This document shows, one piece after another, positions 25,911 through 41,890 of a stretch of 64,000 nt of DNA. The notes below the pieces were generated by a model that saw nothing but the letters and a program-made list of their open reading frames with translations, did no database searches and was not told where the DNA came from. Made by a program: the position numbers and the translations under genes. Origin of the DNA: the human T2T-CHM13v2.0 reference genome, Homo sapiens; assembly GCF_009914755.1 (NCBI RefSeq), contig NC_060933.1, one strand, 5' to 3'. Each line of letters opens with the position of its first letter. The stretch's first letter is position 1.

Positions 25911-26268
25911 TGTTATGGGCTGAATGTTTGTGTCCCCCCCCAAATTCCTACCCTAACCCTGAATCTGATTGTATTTGAAGATAGGGCCTGTGAGGAGGTA
26001 AATACAGTTACCTTCTAATCCAATGGTGGGGTCCTAATCCAAAAGGGTTGGTGCCCTTTATAAGAAGAACAAGAGACACCTGAGTCCTCTCTTGGCCATG
26101 TGACAACACGATAAGAAGGCAAGCCATGAAGATAGCCCCTATCAGGAACTGAACTGGCCAACACGTTGACCCTGGCCTTCCCAGCCTACAGAAATGTGAG
26201 AAAACAGAGTCCTATTGTTTAAGCCACCTTGTCTTTGGTACTTTAGTCAGCCTAAGCTGACTAAGACA
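25911..26268 (+). mobile_element. MaLR solo LTR (MLT1A/MSTD-like)
   Basis: Runs from tgttatgggctgaatgtttgtgtcccc to gactaagaca. Confidence 0.78.
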
Positions 26269-26477
26269 CATGGAGAGAACACTTGCAATATATACCACAG
26301 ATAAAGGGCCAGTTAGCTCTAATATTTAAGGAATTCTTAAGTTTTAGAGGAAAAAAGATCCAAAATCCTGAGAGCAAAAGGATAATAAAAGACATGAACA
26401 AGTTACAAAGAAGACATTATAAATGGCCATTAAATATATGAGAAGATGTTCAACTTCACCCATAATAAGAAAATTGC

Positions 26478-26716
26478 CCAGCCTGGGGAATATGGTGAAA
26501 CCCCATCTCTACAAAAAATACAAAAAATTAGCCAGGTGTGATGCTGCATGCCTGTAGTCCCAGTTACCTGGGAGGCTGAAATGGGAGGATCACTTTAGCC
26601 TGGGAGGCGAAGGTTGCAGTGAGTCGAGACTGTGCCACAGCACTCCAGCCTGGGTGAGTGAGTGAGACAGATTGGGTGCTGGGTGAGTGAGACAGATTGA
26701 GATCCTGTCTCAAAAA
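26478..26716 (+). mobile_element. 5'-truncated AluJ with small internal duplication
   Basis: Partial left arm plus right arm, containing a repeated gtgagtgagacagattg. Confidence 0.85.
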
Positions 26717-26777
26717 AGAGGGGAAAAATTGCAAAATAAAGCTACATCAAGGTACCATTTCTCATCTATCAGATTGA

Positions 26778-27191
<414 letters not shown>

Positions 27192-28133
27192 TAACGGAAT
27201 CCCACTTTCAAAAATTTACCCTGAAGATATATTTCCCAAAGTGATAAAATACATATGCACACAGTTACTCACTGAAGCACTGTTTGTGACTGTAAAACAC
27301 TGAAAATAACCTAAATGTCCATACAGAGGAGAACGGTTGGATAACGTATGGTACAGCCACACAGCAGAGTACACACGGCTGTCGAAAAGAATGACAAAGA
27401 CCTCTGTGCACTGACATAACAGGATTTCCAGGATACGGTGAAGAAAATTAAGTGCAAAAGAGTATCTATAGCATGCTATCTTTTATAGAAGAAAGAAAGC
27501 ATATAGATATAAATCTGCTTATTTTTACAAAAAGAAACAAAGAGGAATAAACCAAAAACTTATTTGGTTGCCTTTAAGGAGCAGGTGAGAATGGGTAGAA
27601 GGGACATGGGGAGTCGTACTCGGAGTGTACCTTTTTGTATAGTTTTGATGTTTTAGTACTTAGAAAGTAAAATTAAATCAATAAAGATGGGGGAAACCCT
27701 ATTCAATGCCAGCAAAAACAAATGAACCTTGTTCATATGAATAACATAATTCAGCTGAAGTGGGAAACAAAATAACTAACCCAAGTAACAGACTGCTTTG
27801 ACCATAAACCCTCAGTTTAAGGACAAAATAAACTGCAAACAAATCAGAAGCTCTACTTCACATGGCAATTCTGAAACTACTTTTGTGTCTTGTAAAATTG
27901 GGCAAATGGGTAAACACTTAAGGTAGGTTCTTGATTTCTCACTGTTGAAGAAATGGGAGAAGCTAGGAAGAACCATGTAATGTTGGCCTAGAAGAGGAGG
28001 TATCAGTATGAGTGAACTTACGTTTTAGACAAATATTGAAATATTTATATTTCATGTATATCTGTATGTACACACACATACAGATATATGTGTGTACACA
28101 CATGTATGAATATGAGTGTGTATTATATGTATA

Positions 28134-29795
<1,662 letters not shown>

Positions 29796-30954
29796 TACGT
29801 ACAAATGCAGGCATGTATATTTCCTAGCTTTGTCCACTAAAAGCCCTGTTAGTAATGACACCTCAGTAGCAATAAGCCCATCTAGCCCCCAGATCTTGAT
29901 ATCTAAATGCCATTCCCCATTGAGAAATATCATGGCCTAGTGGAGAATGGCTGGTTCCAAGGCTGGGCAGGAAAAGTACAAGATGAGCCTGAACCATCTT
30001 CTTGAGTCAGAAAGTAAGGAAATTCTCTAAAAATGACAGATGCATGTCAAATGGACACAGAAGCCAGGCTGAAGGCTCTGCCATATCCAAATCTGGGACA
30101 CTCTGAGTATCAAAGTAAATAATGCCAATCATAAATAACAAAGTAAGAAGGCATGAATCCATATTTGTACTAAATAAATAAATCACAGGATAAAGCTCCT
30201 CTCTACAGTAAAATAGCAAGTGAGTTTTTTAAAATTTTGCAAAACAACTGAATCAGGGAAAACTAGTAGGTAAATTTTGACACAGAACAGAATATTTACA
30301 GTCTCAAAATATCACCTGCAAATACGTTATTATAAAAGGAAAAACAGTACAGAAACCTGGCAGACATTACTTACCCAAGTGATCAGTGTTACCCTCACTA
30401 ATAACGGGACAAACTAACATCACGGGACCCACCAAGGACCTGACATCAAAGCTAGCATGATCCTGCCAAAATGCATAAACTAATCCAATCATAGCAACCA
30501 TCAGATATCCCAAATAGAGAAACATTCTGCAAAATAATGAGCCAGAATGTTTCAAAAATATCAATGTCATAGGAAGATAAAGGCTGAGGAACTGTTCCAA
30601 ATTAAATGAAACTAAACAATCATAAAAACAAAATGCAACACGTGATCCTGGGTTGGCTCCTGGACTGGGAGCAGAAAGAATTGCTACAAGAGGACATTAT
30701 TGGGACAAATGGCAAATGCTGGGGCTATGCAGATTGGATAATAGCATTGTACTGATGCTAAATGTCCTGATTGTGACCATTGTTCTGTGATTATGTTAAG
30801 TGAATGTCCTTGTTCTTAGAGAAAAAAAATACTGAAGTATTTAGGAATAAAGAGGCATGAGATAGACAACTCCAATGCTTTAGACGGGAGAAGAGAAAAA
30901 TAGATAAAGCAAATGTGGCGAAACATGAAAAACTAGTGAATCTGGGTGAAGGGC

Positions 30955-31332
30955 TGATATGGTTTGGATATTCGTCCCCTACAAATCTCATGTGATCCCC
31001 AGTGTTGCAGGTGGGCCTAGTGGGAGGTGTCTGGGTCATGGGGGTGGATCCCTCATAAACGGCTTGGTGCCCTCCTCACGGTAATGAGTTACCAGGAGAT
31101 CTAGTTGTCAAAAAGAGTCTGGGACCTCCCTGCTCTCTCTCTTGCTCCCTCTCTTACCATGTGACAAGCCTGCTCTCCTTTGCCTTCTGCCATAAGTGGA
31201 AGCTTCCTGAGGTCCTCACCTAAAGCAGTTGCTGGCACGGCCTGCAGAACAGTGAGCCAGACAAAACTCTCTTCTTTATAAATTACCCAGGCTCGGATAT
31301 TCCTTTAGAGCAACGCAAAACGCACAAATACA
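30955..31332 (+). mobile_element. MaLR solo LTR (MSTB-like)
   Basis: Runs from tgatatggtttggatattcgtcccc to aataca, with TSD-like agggc/agggt. Confidence 0.85.
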
Positions 31333-31659
31333 AGGGTATATGGGAGTTCTTTGCAGTATTCTTGAAATTATTTCAAAATAAAAAGATTTAAACAAAACAA
31401 AACAAAAAAAAACTTCTAGGTCCAGTCCTTTGTGAGGAGTATCAGACATCAGAATCTAGAGTGTGTTTCCACTTCTGTGCTTCATAGCCATAAAGAAAGA
31501 AATTGACCTGCTCTTCCAAATACATGGGAATCCTCCAACTCCTACCAAGAAGAAAGCAGTACTGTTGCGGCCAGCACCAAACAATGGAAGAATATTAGAC
31601 AAGAGCCAAGTGCCTCCCAAGGGGAAGAGCTATAATAGGTGTTGGCAATATTGTACACA

Positions 31660-32150
31660 TCATATGAGTATTCTACACTGCTGGACCAATCACCACAAAC
31701 TCAGTGGTTTAAAACAACACGAATTTATTATCTCACAGTTCTGGGGTCAGAAATCTAACATAGATCTCACTGGGCTAAAATCAAGATGTCAGCAGGACAG
31801 AGTTCCTTTCTGGAGAGTCCGGGGGACAATCCAATTCCTTGCCCTTTCCAAGCTACCAGAGGCCTCCTACATTCCTACTTTGGTAGCCCCTTCCTCCATC
31901 TTCAAAGCCAGCAACCTCGCACCAACAAGGCCTTCTTATACAGCCACCTCTCTGGTTCCCTCCTTCTGATTCCCACCTCTACTTCAACAACCCTTGTGAT
32001 GACACGCGACCCACCAGGATAATCCAGGATCATCTCCCTACCTCAAGGCCAGCTGAATAGGAGCTTTTATTCCCTCTGCCATATAACCTAACATAGTCAC
32101 AGGTTCTGAGGATTCGGATGTAGACATTTTGGAGGGTCCATTAGTGTGCC
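31660..32150 (-). mobile_element. MaLR LTR (MLT1C/D-like)
   Basis: caccacaaactcagtggtttaaaacaacacgaatttatta motif. Confidence 0.75.
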
Positions 32151-32225
32151 TCCCATATTTGTGGTAACAAAAACATGGTGGGCATTCATGAATAGCCAAA
32201 CAGAACAGAATACCAGAAGGTCCCT

Positions 32226-32584
32226 GTACTAGTCCATTTTCACACTGCTGATAAGGACATACCCAAGACTGCATAATTTATAAGGAAAGACAGGTTTAAT
32301 GGACTCACAGTTCCACGTGGCTGGGTAGGCCTCAAATCATGGAGGAAGGTGAAAGGCACGTCTTACATGGCAGCAGGCAAGAGAGAAATGAGAGCCAAGC
32401 AAAAGGGGAAACCCCTTATAAAATCATGAGCACTCATGAGACTTACTACCACGAGAGCAGTATGGGGTTTCCCCCCACCACCCGGTTCAATTATCTCCCA
32501 CTGGGTCCCTCCCACAGGACACAGGAATTATGGGAGTACAATTCAAGACGATATGTGAGTGGGGACACAGCCAATCCATATTAA
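32226..32584 (-). mobile_element. THE1 solo LTR
   Basis: Runs from tgtactagtccattttcacactgctgataaggacatacccaagactg to acagccaatccatatta. Confidence 0.85.
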
Positions 32585-33449
32585 CTCCCGTACCCCATCT
32601 AGATGAGGAAGGGTTAGTGGGGCATCTGGCACTTCACCAGCTGGAGCATAACTTGGTTGAAACTTGCTAAGAAGCATTTGACAAAATGGTGCAAAAACTT
32701 TTGCAATTTTACTGCTAGGAATTAACCCCAACCAAATAACCATGGTTATACAGAATTTAAATTTACAAAAAGAATTTGAACCCCCTCCAAAAAGTCTATG
32801 AATTAATGTTAGTCAAATACTGCATGGTATATCCATACAGTAATTATTATACTGCCATTAAAAATGATATATAATATTTAATCACATATAATTATTTTTT
32901 CCAATTAAACTTAAAAAAAATTACAAAACCAATATAATGACATAGTACAAATAGTCAAACAGTAAAAAGGGGGGTATATACAAACTGTAAAAATCTCCCC
33001 TCCGAAACCCCCTTCTCTTAAAAACGCATCTCCATTCCTGAAATCTAAAGCCCCAGGATCAGTTTCTTGGTCATTTTCTCAGGGATTCTCTTCACATATA
33101 CAAGTATGTACAAATAAATATATTCCTCTTTTTAAAAAAGCAAAAATGGAATTACATAACCATACTCTGTAACTTGCTTTTTTTCACTTAATATTTTGCA
33201 AAGGTCTTTCTCACATGAAGGATCTGAATGCTATATATATAATATATATATATATGCACACCTCTACTGGCAGGATAAATGCTAAAATGTTATGGAAGGT
33301 GGGGGAAAGAAAACAGTCTGATCCCAGTTTTGCTGAAATATTTTATCCATATTATATTCCATGTAGACATTACACACTGAAAGGTTATACAACAAAATTG
33401 TGGCACTAGTTTTCCCTAAGTGTAGGGTTTTCTCTGTTTTCTACAGTGA

Positions 33450-33800
<351 letters not shown>

Positions 33801-34539
33801 TAATATTGCCTATCTAATGTGGTCTTCAACTGTGTTGAAGGGACTGGGAAGAAATAGGCCAAACTGTTCATAGGAGTTGCCTCCAAGTGATCAATTCCAG
33901 GCAATTTTAATTTCAAGTTCTTTATTCATGTTCTGCACCTCTTCAAATTGTATACAAAGACCAGACTGTCAAGTGTATAAAGAAAAAAATTCCACAACTA
34001 AATGAAAAAATTGTGGGGAGACAAGCCATAGCACAGGCCACCATCATCTCTCCCACCTTCTCTAACACCTCCCTCTATGTTTGGGGGTCTGGGGTAGAGT
34101 GGGTCTAGGCCCTCGGTAGATATGCCGTGCCACGCTGGAGAAGAATCTTCTTTATCTCACCCAGTCCGTTCCATGCCTCTTAGTAATTTGGGATAAATCA
34201 TTTCTGCCCCACACTGGGCTCTGAAGCCTGCTGGCATAGATAGGCTTGGAGGCGTTTAATCTCCTCTGGAAAGGTCCTCTGAGGTTTCTCTCATTTGTTG
34301 CTCCTTTTAAATCCTGATTTCAATTAGAAACAGCTAAATGCCTGACTTCAAGGGAATGGTTAGGTAAATTATAATTTAGCCCCAAGATGGAATATGATTA
34401 TGCAACTATTACAAGTTGTACCCATAAGTTTTTATTTACATGGGAAAATGCAGATAAGAATGTGAAATGCAAAGCAAGCTATATGATAGAAATCATGTCA
34501 AAGAATACAGAGAAGAGAATGACAGAAACTACATCAAGA

Positions 34540-34965
34540 TGCCAACAGATGGAAACAACCCAAACGTCCATCAACTAATGAATGGATAAACAAAATGCGA
34601 TATCACCATACAACAGAATACTATTGTCATAAGAAGGAATTTCCTGGTAGATGCTACAATATTATGCTAAGTAAAAGAAGGCAGACACAAAGGCCACATA
34701 TTCTATGATTCATTGATATGAAATGCCCAAAATAGGCGTATCTAGAGAGACAGAAAGCAGATTAGTAGCAGTTTTCAGGGAGTGAAGGGAGGGAGGAATG
34801 GGGAGTGATGACTTCGTGGGTACAGAGAGTTTTTCAGGGGTGATAAAAATGTTCTGAAATTATATAGCAGTGATAGTTGCACAACCCTGTGAATATCCTA
34901 AAAACCACTGATTTGCACACTTTAAAAGGGTGAATTTTATAGCATATGAATTGTATCTCAAAAAA
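34540..34965 (+). mobile_element. L1MB-like 3' end
   Basis: Runs from ggaaacaacccaaacgtccatcaactaatgaatggataaac to gaattgtatctcaaaaa. Confidence 0.8.
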
Positions 34966-36065
34966 CAAACGATGGTAATAAAGGCTGGTTTTAGAAGGTA
35001 GGATGTCTGGGTCCTTCTACTTTCTGCATGTGTTTGTGTGTGTATTATGTATTGAACTTATTACTTTAGTAGCTGGAAAAATAAAACTCAAAACAAACAA
35101 AGGGTCTGGCTCAAACCCTTTGAGGTTTTTGGGCCAAAAGCTCTAGTGCAGAGCACCACTCAGTTCCCTGGACATCCCAAACTCTGAAAGCTCTTGCCTC
35201 CTTCCATCTGCCTTAACTCATAGCTCCTTGACTTTGGAAGTAATACCCTCACTCACTCCTAGTGCCACGTGCATCCCTAGGTGCGTCTAGCCAGCCAGGA
35301 GCTCTTGGAAAAGCTGTTGGAGCATGTCTCCTTCCCTACCCCTTCCCCCTCCCTCCCCAACTCTCCTCTCTGTCAGCCCCTCAGTCCCTCTCAGCCTGCC
35401 TGCCCGTCCCTGACCCCCATGCTTCTATGTCTGTGCTCCTCCCAATTCTTCCTGGAAGAGCTCTTCCTTCACTTCTCTGCCTGGCATAATCTTCCACATT
35501 CAATGCCCCAACCAGACCGCACTCTTCACAGGGGCAAAAATCATGTGTTTTCTGGCTCATGTTTACATGTCAGGCACATAGAGAGGCTCAGCAAGAACCT
35601 GCTAACCAAGAGAAGTCCAGCTCAAGATCCACTTCCTCTCTGCAGCCACAACCAGCCCCCCTCACCTGGACTGACTGCTCCCACCTGAGGTCCCAGCACA
35701 GGAAGGGCCGTGCAGTGGCCACAGGGACTTGGAAGCAGCCTGCCTGGCTCCACACGCCCTGGCTGTGTCACCTTGGGTAAATCATTTAAACTCTCTGAGC
35801 CTCACATCGGTAAACAAGGGATGAGCACCCTTACCACAGGGTTGCTGTGAGGGTAAAAGGACTGATATATACAAAGTGCCCAGAATACTGCCTGTACATC
35901 AGAGATGTTAATTGTTATCCAGTTATCAGGTAGTACTCCTATTAAGAGCATGGTACTTCTTAACAGGTCTGACTTTATTACAGTTTGCTATTTCCTCCTC
36001 CCTCTTCCTCACTAGACTGTCAGCAATTTGAAAGCAAGACCCCATGTGTTGTCCATGGACCAACT

Positions 36066-37390
36066 GTGCTGTGGTTTGAATGTGTGTCCTCCACTAAAAC
36101 TCATGCAGTATTAAGAGATGGGACCCTTAAAAGGTGATTAGGCCACAAGGACTCCACCTTTCCAACTTTGTCTCTCTCTGTCACTCACTTTCTCTCTCAC
36201 ACACTTTCTCTCTCTTTCTCTCTGTCTCTCTCTCTCCCCCAGCCTTCAGAACTGTGAGCTAATAAATTTATATGCATTTTAAACTGCCCAATCTCAGGCA
36301 CTCTCTTATAGCTGCTAAAATGACAAAGATGAGTACTATCAGCAAAACCTAGGAGCCTGTGAGAAACGCAAACTCTCAGGCTCCATCCCAAATCTACTGA
36401 GGCAGAGTGTACTTTTCCAAAAATGGCCACAGCAATATTTCGAGTTTCATGTGCCCCCTAGGGCCCTGTCATGCCATCATAGAGTAGGTCAAATTGTGTT
36501 CCCCCAAAAATATGTCCAAGTTCTAGCCCCCAGTACCTGTGAATGTGACCTAATTTGGAAATGGGGTCTTTGCAGGTGTCATTAAGTTAAGGATCTCAAA
36601 AAGAGATCATCTTGGATTTAGGGAGGATTCTAAATTCAGTGACTTCTGCCCGTATAAGAGAACGGACAGGGAGATTTGAGCCACAAAGAAACATGCAGGG
36701 AAGAACACACGAAGACAGGGGCAGAGACTAGAGTGACACTGCCACGAGCCGAAGACCACCAGGAACCAGCAAAAACTGGAAGAGCGGTTGGAGGGATGAG
36801 TGTGATCCTGCTGTCACCTTGATTTTGGACTTCTGGCCCCCATAACTGAATACATTTCTGTTGTTTTAAGCCACCCAGTGTGTGGTCATTTGGTATAGCA
36901 GCCCTAGGACACTCACATAGAAAGAAGGGCCTAGTCCCCTCTCCCCCTTGAAACTGCCTGGACTTGTGACAGCTTTAAACAAGAAAGCCCAGCTGAGGGA
37001 TACTCTGTGCCTTCTGAAACTGGGCCATCAAAAGAATACAGCCTCCACTCACCTCTCTCCCAGCACCTATCCCCTGGAAAGCCCCCCTAAGCCACCATTC
37101 TTAGAGGCAGCCCAAACTAGCACTGTGGAAAGATGACAGGGAGAGGTCCATGCAGGAAGCACTAGGGCCTCCAGCCCATAGCCAACATCAACTTCCAGGC
37201 ACAGGAGGAAACAGGCTTCCAGATGATTCCAGCACCCAGATGTTGAGTGTTCCAGCTGCGGCTGCAGACATCATGGAGCAGAGACACATCACCCCTGCTG
37301 TGCCTTGTCACTTCCTCACCCACAGTACCTGGGAGCATAACTTGTGGTTACTATACATCCCTAAGTCCTGTGGTGGTTATGCGGCCACAA
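36066..37390 (+). mobile_element. Cluster of nested MLT1 LTR fragments (MLT1C-like at ~36480-36918)
   Basis: Motifs tgtggtttgaatgtgtgtcc, gtgaatgtgacctaatttggaaatgggg and ttttaagccacccagt. Confidence 0.7.
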
Positions 37391-40214
37391 GAACCACATT
37401 TGCTGAATCATAACTGGCACTGGAAAAGGTCCCTTGGGAATCTGTATGCATGGTCAAGTGCCCAAAGCACTGCCCCATATAGTTACCTACCTCTCCCAAA
37501 GCCCTTCATGTTTCTATCCCACAGCAGAGGCTGAAGAAATGCTCACTGGTAATCATTTCCCTTATGAAAGAGGGGACCGTGCTGACCTCAGATTCAGTAA
37601 ACCATATGTACCCACAAGCAGGCATTTAATTTGGCATGACCACATGTAAAGCCAGAAGGGCAACCAATGACATTTCCGGGGCCAGTCAGCTCTTCATGCC
37701 CCTACCCTATTCCAGGACCTTTGTTCAGCCACTTGGGAATGAGATGAGAAGGAAAGCCCACAGACATCCCCAGCTAGTAGCCTCTCTCTGGTGGACAGAA
37801 TGGTTCACAGGGACCCTGAGCACACGAACAAATGATCTCACCTTTTCCTGTGGCCAAGCTGCAAGTGAGCTCTGCTCTAATGGGCGTGCCCAGAGAAATT
37901 AAGTCTTTTTGGCAGCAGCCTGCCTTGGCGCAATTACCACCCTACCAAGGGCCGCTGTAAAGACCAGGCCAGAGGACTAAGCATCTCGAATTTCTGCAAT
38001 TGATTAAACACTCATTCAGAGAGGCCATTTCAAAAATCCAACTAAGAGAGTATCATAAGGAAGGACTGAGAAGGTGGCACAGCTGGGGGCGGGTGGGGAG
38101 CAGAGGCTACAGCAATCACTCAGCCTGTGGCAGGTTCTTGGGAAATAAATCACCTTCCGGCTCCTTGGGAAAGACGTTCATCATCAATGTCAATTCATCA
38201 GCTATCTGAGCATCGCAGATGTAACTGCAGATCAGTCTTGCCACAAGCCAATCGCTTAGACAATTACAGCTACCATTTCTTTTTGGTTGCTTATCATGTG
38301 CCAGGCACTGGGCTAGGGATTTTATATGCATTAGCTCATGTTGTCTTGACAATATAGTACCTAGGATATAGGTGGTACTATTATTATCATTATTATCAAA
38401 AACTGGAATCTACAGGAGCTTGGGAAGCACTGCTCCTCTATAGTCTCTACGAAGGAAGCAAGAGCCAACTCTGAGGCTTAGGACTTGTGGACCCGCCCAG
38501 GAGTGAGAGGTGGCTACTGCACCTCAGGGATAGGCACTCCCGAGGGCATGGCTCATTAGAAAAAACCCACTCCAGCAAAAGGGGCTGGTGGGGAGGCAAA
38601 GCCCAGTTATCTGAGCTGGACCTCAGCAAGGACAAGGAAATTGTCATCCTACCTTCTGCTGAAAAAGCCTGGGGATTTTTGAAGCCCCAAAGCAACCAGG
38701 TGCTGGAGAGGTTGCTGCTCTGCCACAAGTCCTCGAAAGCAGGGGCAGTGTGGGGCCAGGGCTGGAGTGCCAAAGAGGGACAGGCAGGATTAGCCTCGAG
38801 TTTATTCCATCCCAGAGGGACAATACAAGACTGTCCCCTAGCCTGGGAGGAAGGCCCCACTGTGAAACTGCCCTGGCTGGGTGTTAGAGGACAGAGCCAA
38901 GCCTGCAACCTTGGCCAGCCCCTTCCTGGTAAGTGGCCATGGGCAAATCACTTCCACCTTCTGAGCCTCAAGCAAGACTCATGCGGTTACCTTACAAGGT
39001 TATACTGAAAATCAGGAATAATTTTTAAAGCTAATTAAAAAAATACTTTTATCTGCATCAAGTGCTTGCTAGAGATTCTCTGGCTACATCTTCACCATGT
39101 CCCAAGAGGTATTATTACCCCAGCTTTCCAAATGAGGAAACCGAGTCTCAGGGTGATAAAGTGACAAGACAGGTTTTACACACCATGCAACACCACCAGG
39201 GAATGTCATCACCGCCCCGGCACACAGTAGGTGTCAGAAGTAGCTGCTATTGTTATTATTATTAGTTTCCCCCCCCGCAAAAAAATACTTTCTGCTGAGA
39301 TACAGCTTTAGTCATACATTCTCAATTAAATAATTTTAAAAGTTGAGCTAGGCCCATGCTCTCATGTGGGAATGACAGACATTGAATCATCTGGGCCACG
39401 GGTCCCCCTTTTCTGCCCCATGGCAGACACAGCGCTAAGTGACTCTTAGCATTAGCTAACTATCCCTTCTTGCAGAGCCCGGCTGCAACCACACAGGTAC
39501 AAACATGTGTACAGGCGCACTAATGAAATGGCATTGGCATGCAAGAGATCGGTGACTTGCTGCCCTTGGGAATGGAAAAAGCACTGGATTTGGGGTCAGA
39601 AAAACGTGGGCAAAGCCCATCCAAGGTAAAATAGAAAGTCCTTTGCCAGTCTGAGGCACTGTGACTTTGTGCTCAGCTGTCCCTGTTGGCATCAGCACAG
39701 AGGTAAGGCATGTGGCCTTGGGGAGCCCTGCCTTTGAATCACAGCTTCTCTGCCAACTAAAAATATGTTTTGGGGCAAGCTGCTTAATCTCATTGAGTCT
39801 CGGGTTCTTTATCAGTGAAATAGGCATGATGAAACTCAGGAGATCCTCCTGGGGCTGCCAAGAGGACGGAGCAAGATGATTTCAAGGAATCACCTGGACA
39901 GGGCTGGGCCTGCAGCAAATCATCAATAAATAGTTGCTTTTATGGCATTGTTATTATGGAGACATCAGAAATATCACTGTGGGGGTGTGTGCGCATGAAC
40001 GCACACACCACACACACAGGAAAACCCCAAGTGAAGACCATTCGCTCCTCCCTAATTTTCACAAAGCAGTAAATTCAAGCTGCCTACAGGGGAAGGCCCT
40101 GCCCTGTGTCCCTCCCCCAGTCTGCCTGAGAACCACTTCACAAAGAGAGGACCCATCTAAGTTCTGTAAGAACCTCTGGGGTTCACCAGAGAAGGTATGA
40201 GGAGAGGGAAGAGA

Positions 40215-40475
40215 TGAGAATGGGACTTCTGTGACTAAGTGCTAGACCCACCTGGGTTTGAATCCCAGCTCTTCTTCCTATTAACTGTGTGACCTTGGGC
40301 AAGTTACTTAACCTCTCTGGGCTTCAGCTGCCCATCTGTAAAATAGGGATAATACCAGAGCCTCCTTGCAGGGATGCTGGGAGCATTAAATGATTCACTG
40401 TAGGCACAGTACTCACTAAGCACCATGGTGGGACAGAGGGCGGACTCCCAAAATGCTGGCAATTGCTGTTGTTAT
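40215..40475 (+). mobile_element. MIR (representative; many others, e.g. ~70-285, 11580-11700, 20970-21100, 56510-56720, 59690-59880)
   Basis: gtgtgaccttgggcaagttacttaacctctctg...catctgtaaaatagggata core. Confidence 0.8.
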
Positions 40476-41475
40476 TCCTGCATGTTAGAAATAACTAGAA
40501 GACTGCTCACCCTAATGACTTATTTCTGTTACTACTATTTCCTCAGCAACATAGGAAAGGTAAAGAATAAAAATTAAAATTAAAAAATGTATCATTACTG
40601 TTTCCTGTTATCACCACTACCCTCATGCTGCTGTATCTTCTGCCATTTTCACCATGCTTTTACTTAAACACATCCTGAATGGCCAGAAGAATCCTCCGGG
40701 TTCCAAATCTAAAAAGCAGAGTGTGCAGAAACATCGGGCAGGTGTCACCAACATGCTGACGGCAGAGAACCGGGCAGAAGTGGGGAGAGCTGGCTGGCCG
40801 GCTGCCAAGGGGCGTCAGCCTGAGTTTCCATCACGCAAATTCAGGGTTATAGGGCTAACAAGGACAGCACCTGGCACACAGTAAGTATCCGGGAAATTGT
40901 TCTTGTCTTGAAGAAGTGACTGTGGAGAAGGCAGGCCCTGAGCCAGGTGTCTTTGACTCCAAAGCTCCTATCTTGAGCACTATCTCCTTTGCATCCTGGC
41001 CTGAACACAGCACAGAGCAGGCATTTTTGTTTGAGAAGTGTGAGTGGTTTTCCCACTCACCTAGGTTGTGCATTGAGCAATCAGACCCTGTCTCTCAGAG
41101 ATGCTTGCCTTTGGGCTAAAAGAGGCTGGGTAGCAGCCTGGCCCACAGTGAGGTTTGCTCATCACAGGTGCTCTCTGGACATTAGGTGCCATCTTCAGCT
41201 CCTCCCTGATGGAGGGCAGATGGCGGGAATCAGTCTACACTCACAGATCTCAGCTGCCAACCCTCCATTTCACACATGGGGATGCTGAGGGCCAGAAGGA
41301 AGGAAAGGACTGGCTGAGAGAAGGGCCCAGAGCTCTGGGCCCCCAGCATAGAGCCCCGTTGCCATCAGGCAGTTTGGCTTTGTCTGCTGATTCCATCCTG
41401 ATGCTTCTGCTGGGAGGCGAGAGCAAGCCTGACAGACTCTCCACACCTGCTTCCTGTTTCTTCATGGAGGAAGGG

Positions 41476-41890
41476 GTGTGGTTACTGTGTTTGTTTTGCA
41501 TTGCTATAAAGGAATACCTGAGGCTGGGTAATTTATAAAGAAAAGAGGTTTATCTTGGCTCATGGTCCTGCAGGCTGTACAAACAGCGTGGTGCTGGCAT
41601 CTGCTTCTGGTGAGGCCTCAGGAAGCTTTTACTCATGGCAGATGGTGAAAAGGGAGCAGGTGTGTCACAAGGTGAGAGAAGGAGTAAGAGAGGTCCCAGG
41701 CTCTTTTAAACAACCAGCTCTCACATGAACTAATAGAGCAAGAACTCACTCATTACCTCTGGGAGGGCACCAAGCCCTTCATGAAGGGTCCACCCCTGTG
41801 ACCCAAACACCTCCCAGTAGGCCCCCTCCAACACTGGGGATCACATTTCAACATGAGATTCGGAGAGGACAAATATCCAAACTACATCAG
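41476..41890 (-). mobile_element. MaLR solo LTR (MSTB-like)
   Basis: Runs from gctataaaggaatacctgaggctgggtaatttataaag to aatatccaaactacatca. Confidence 0.83.
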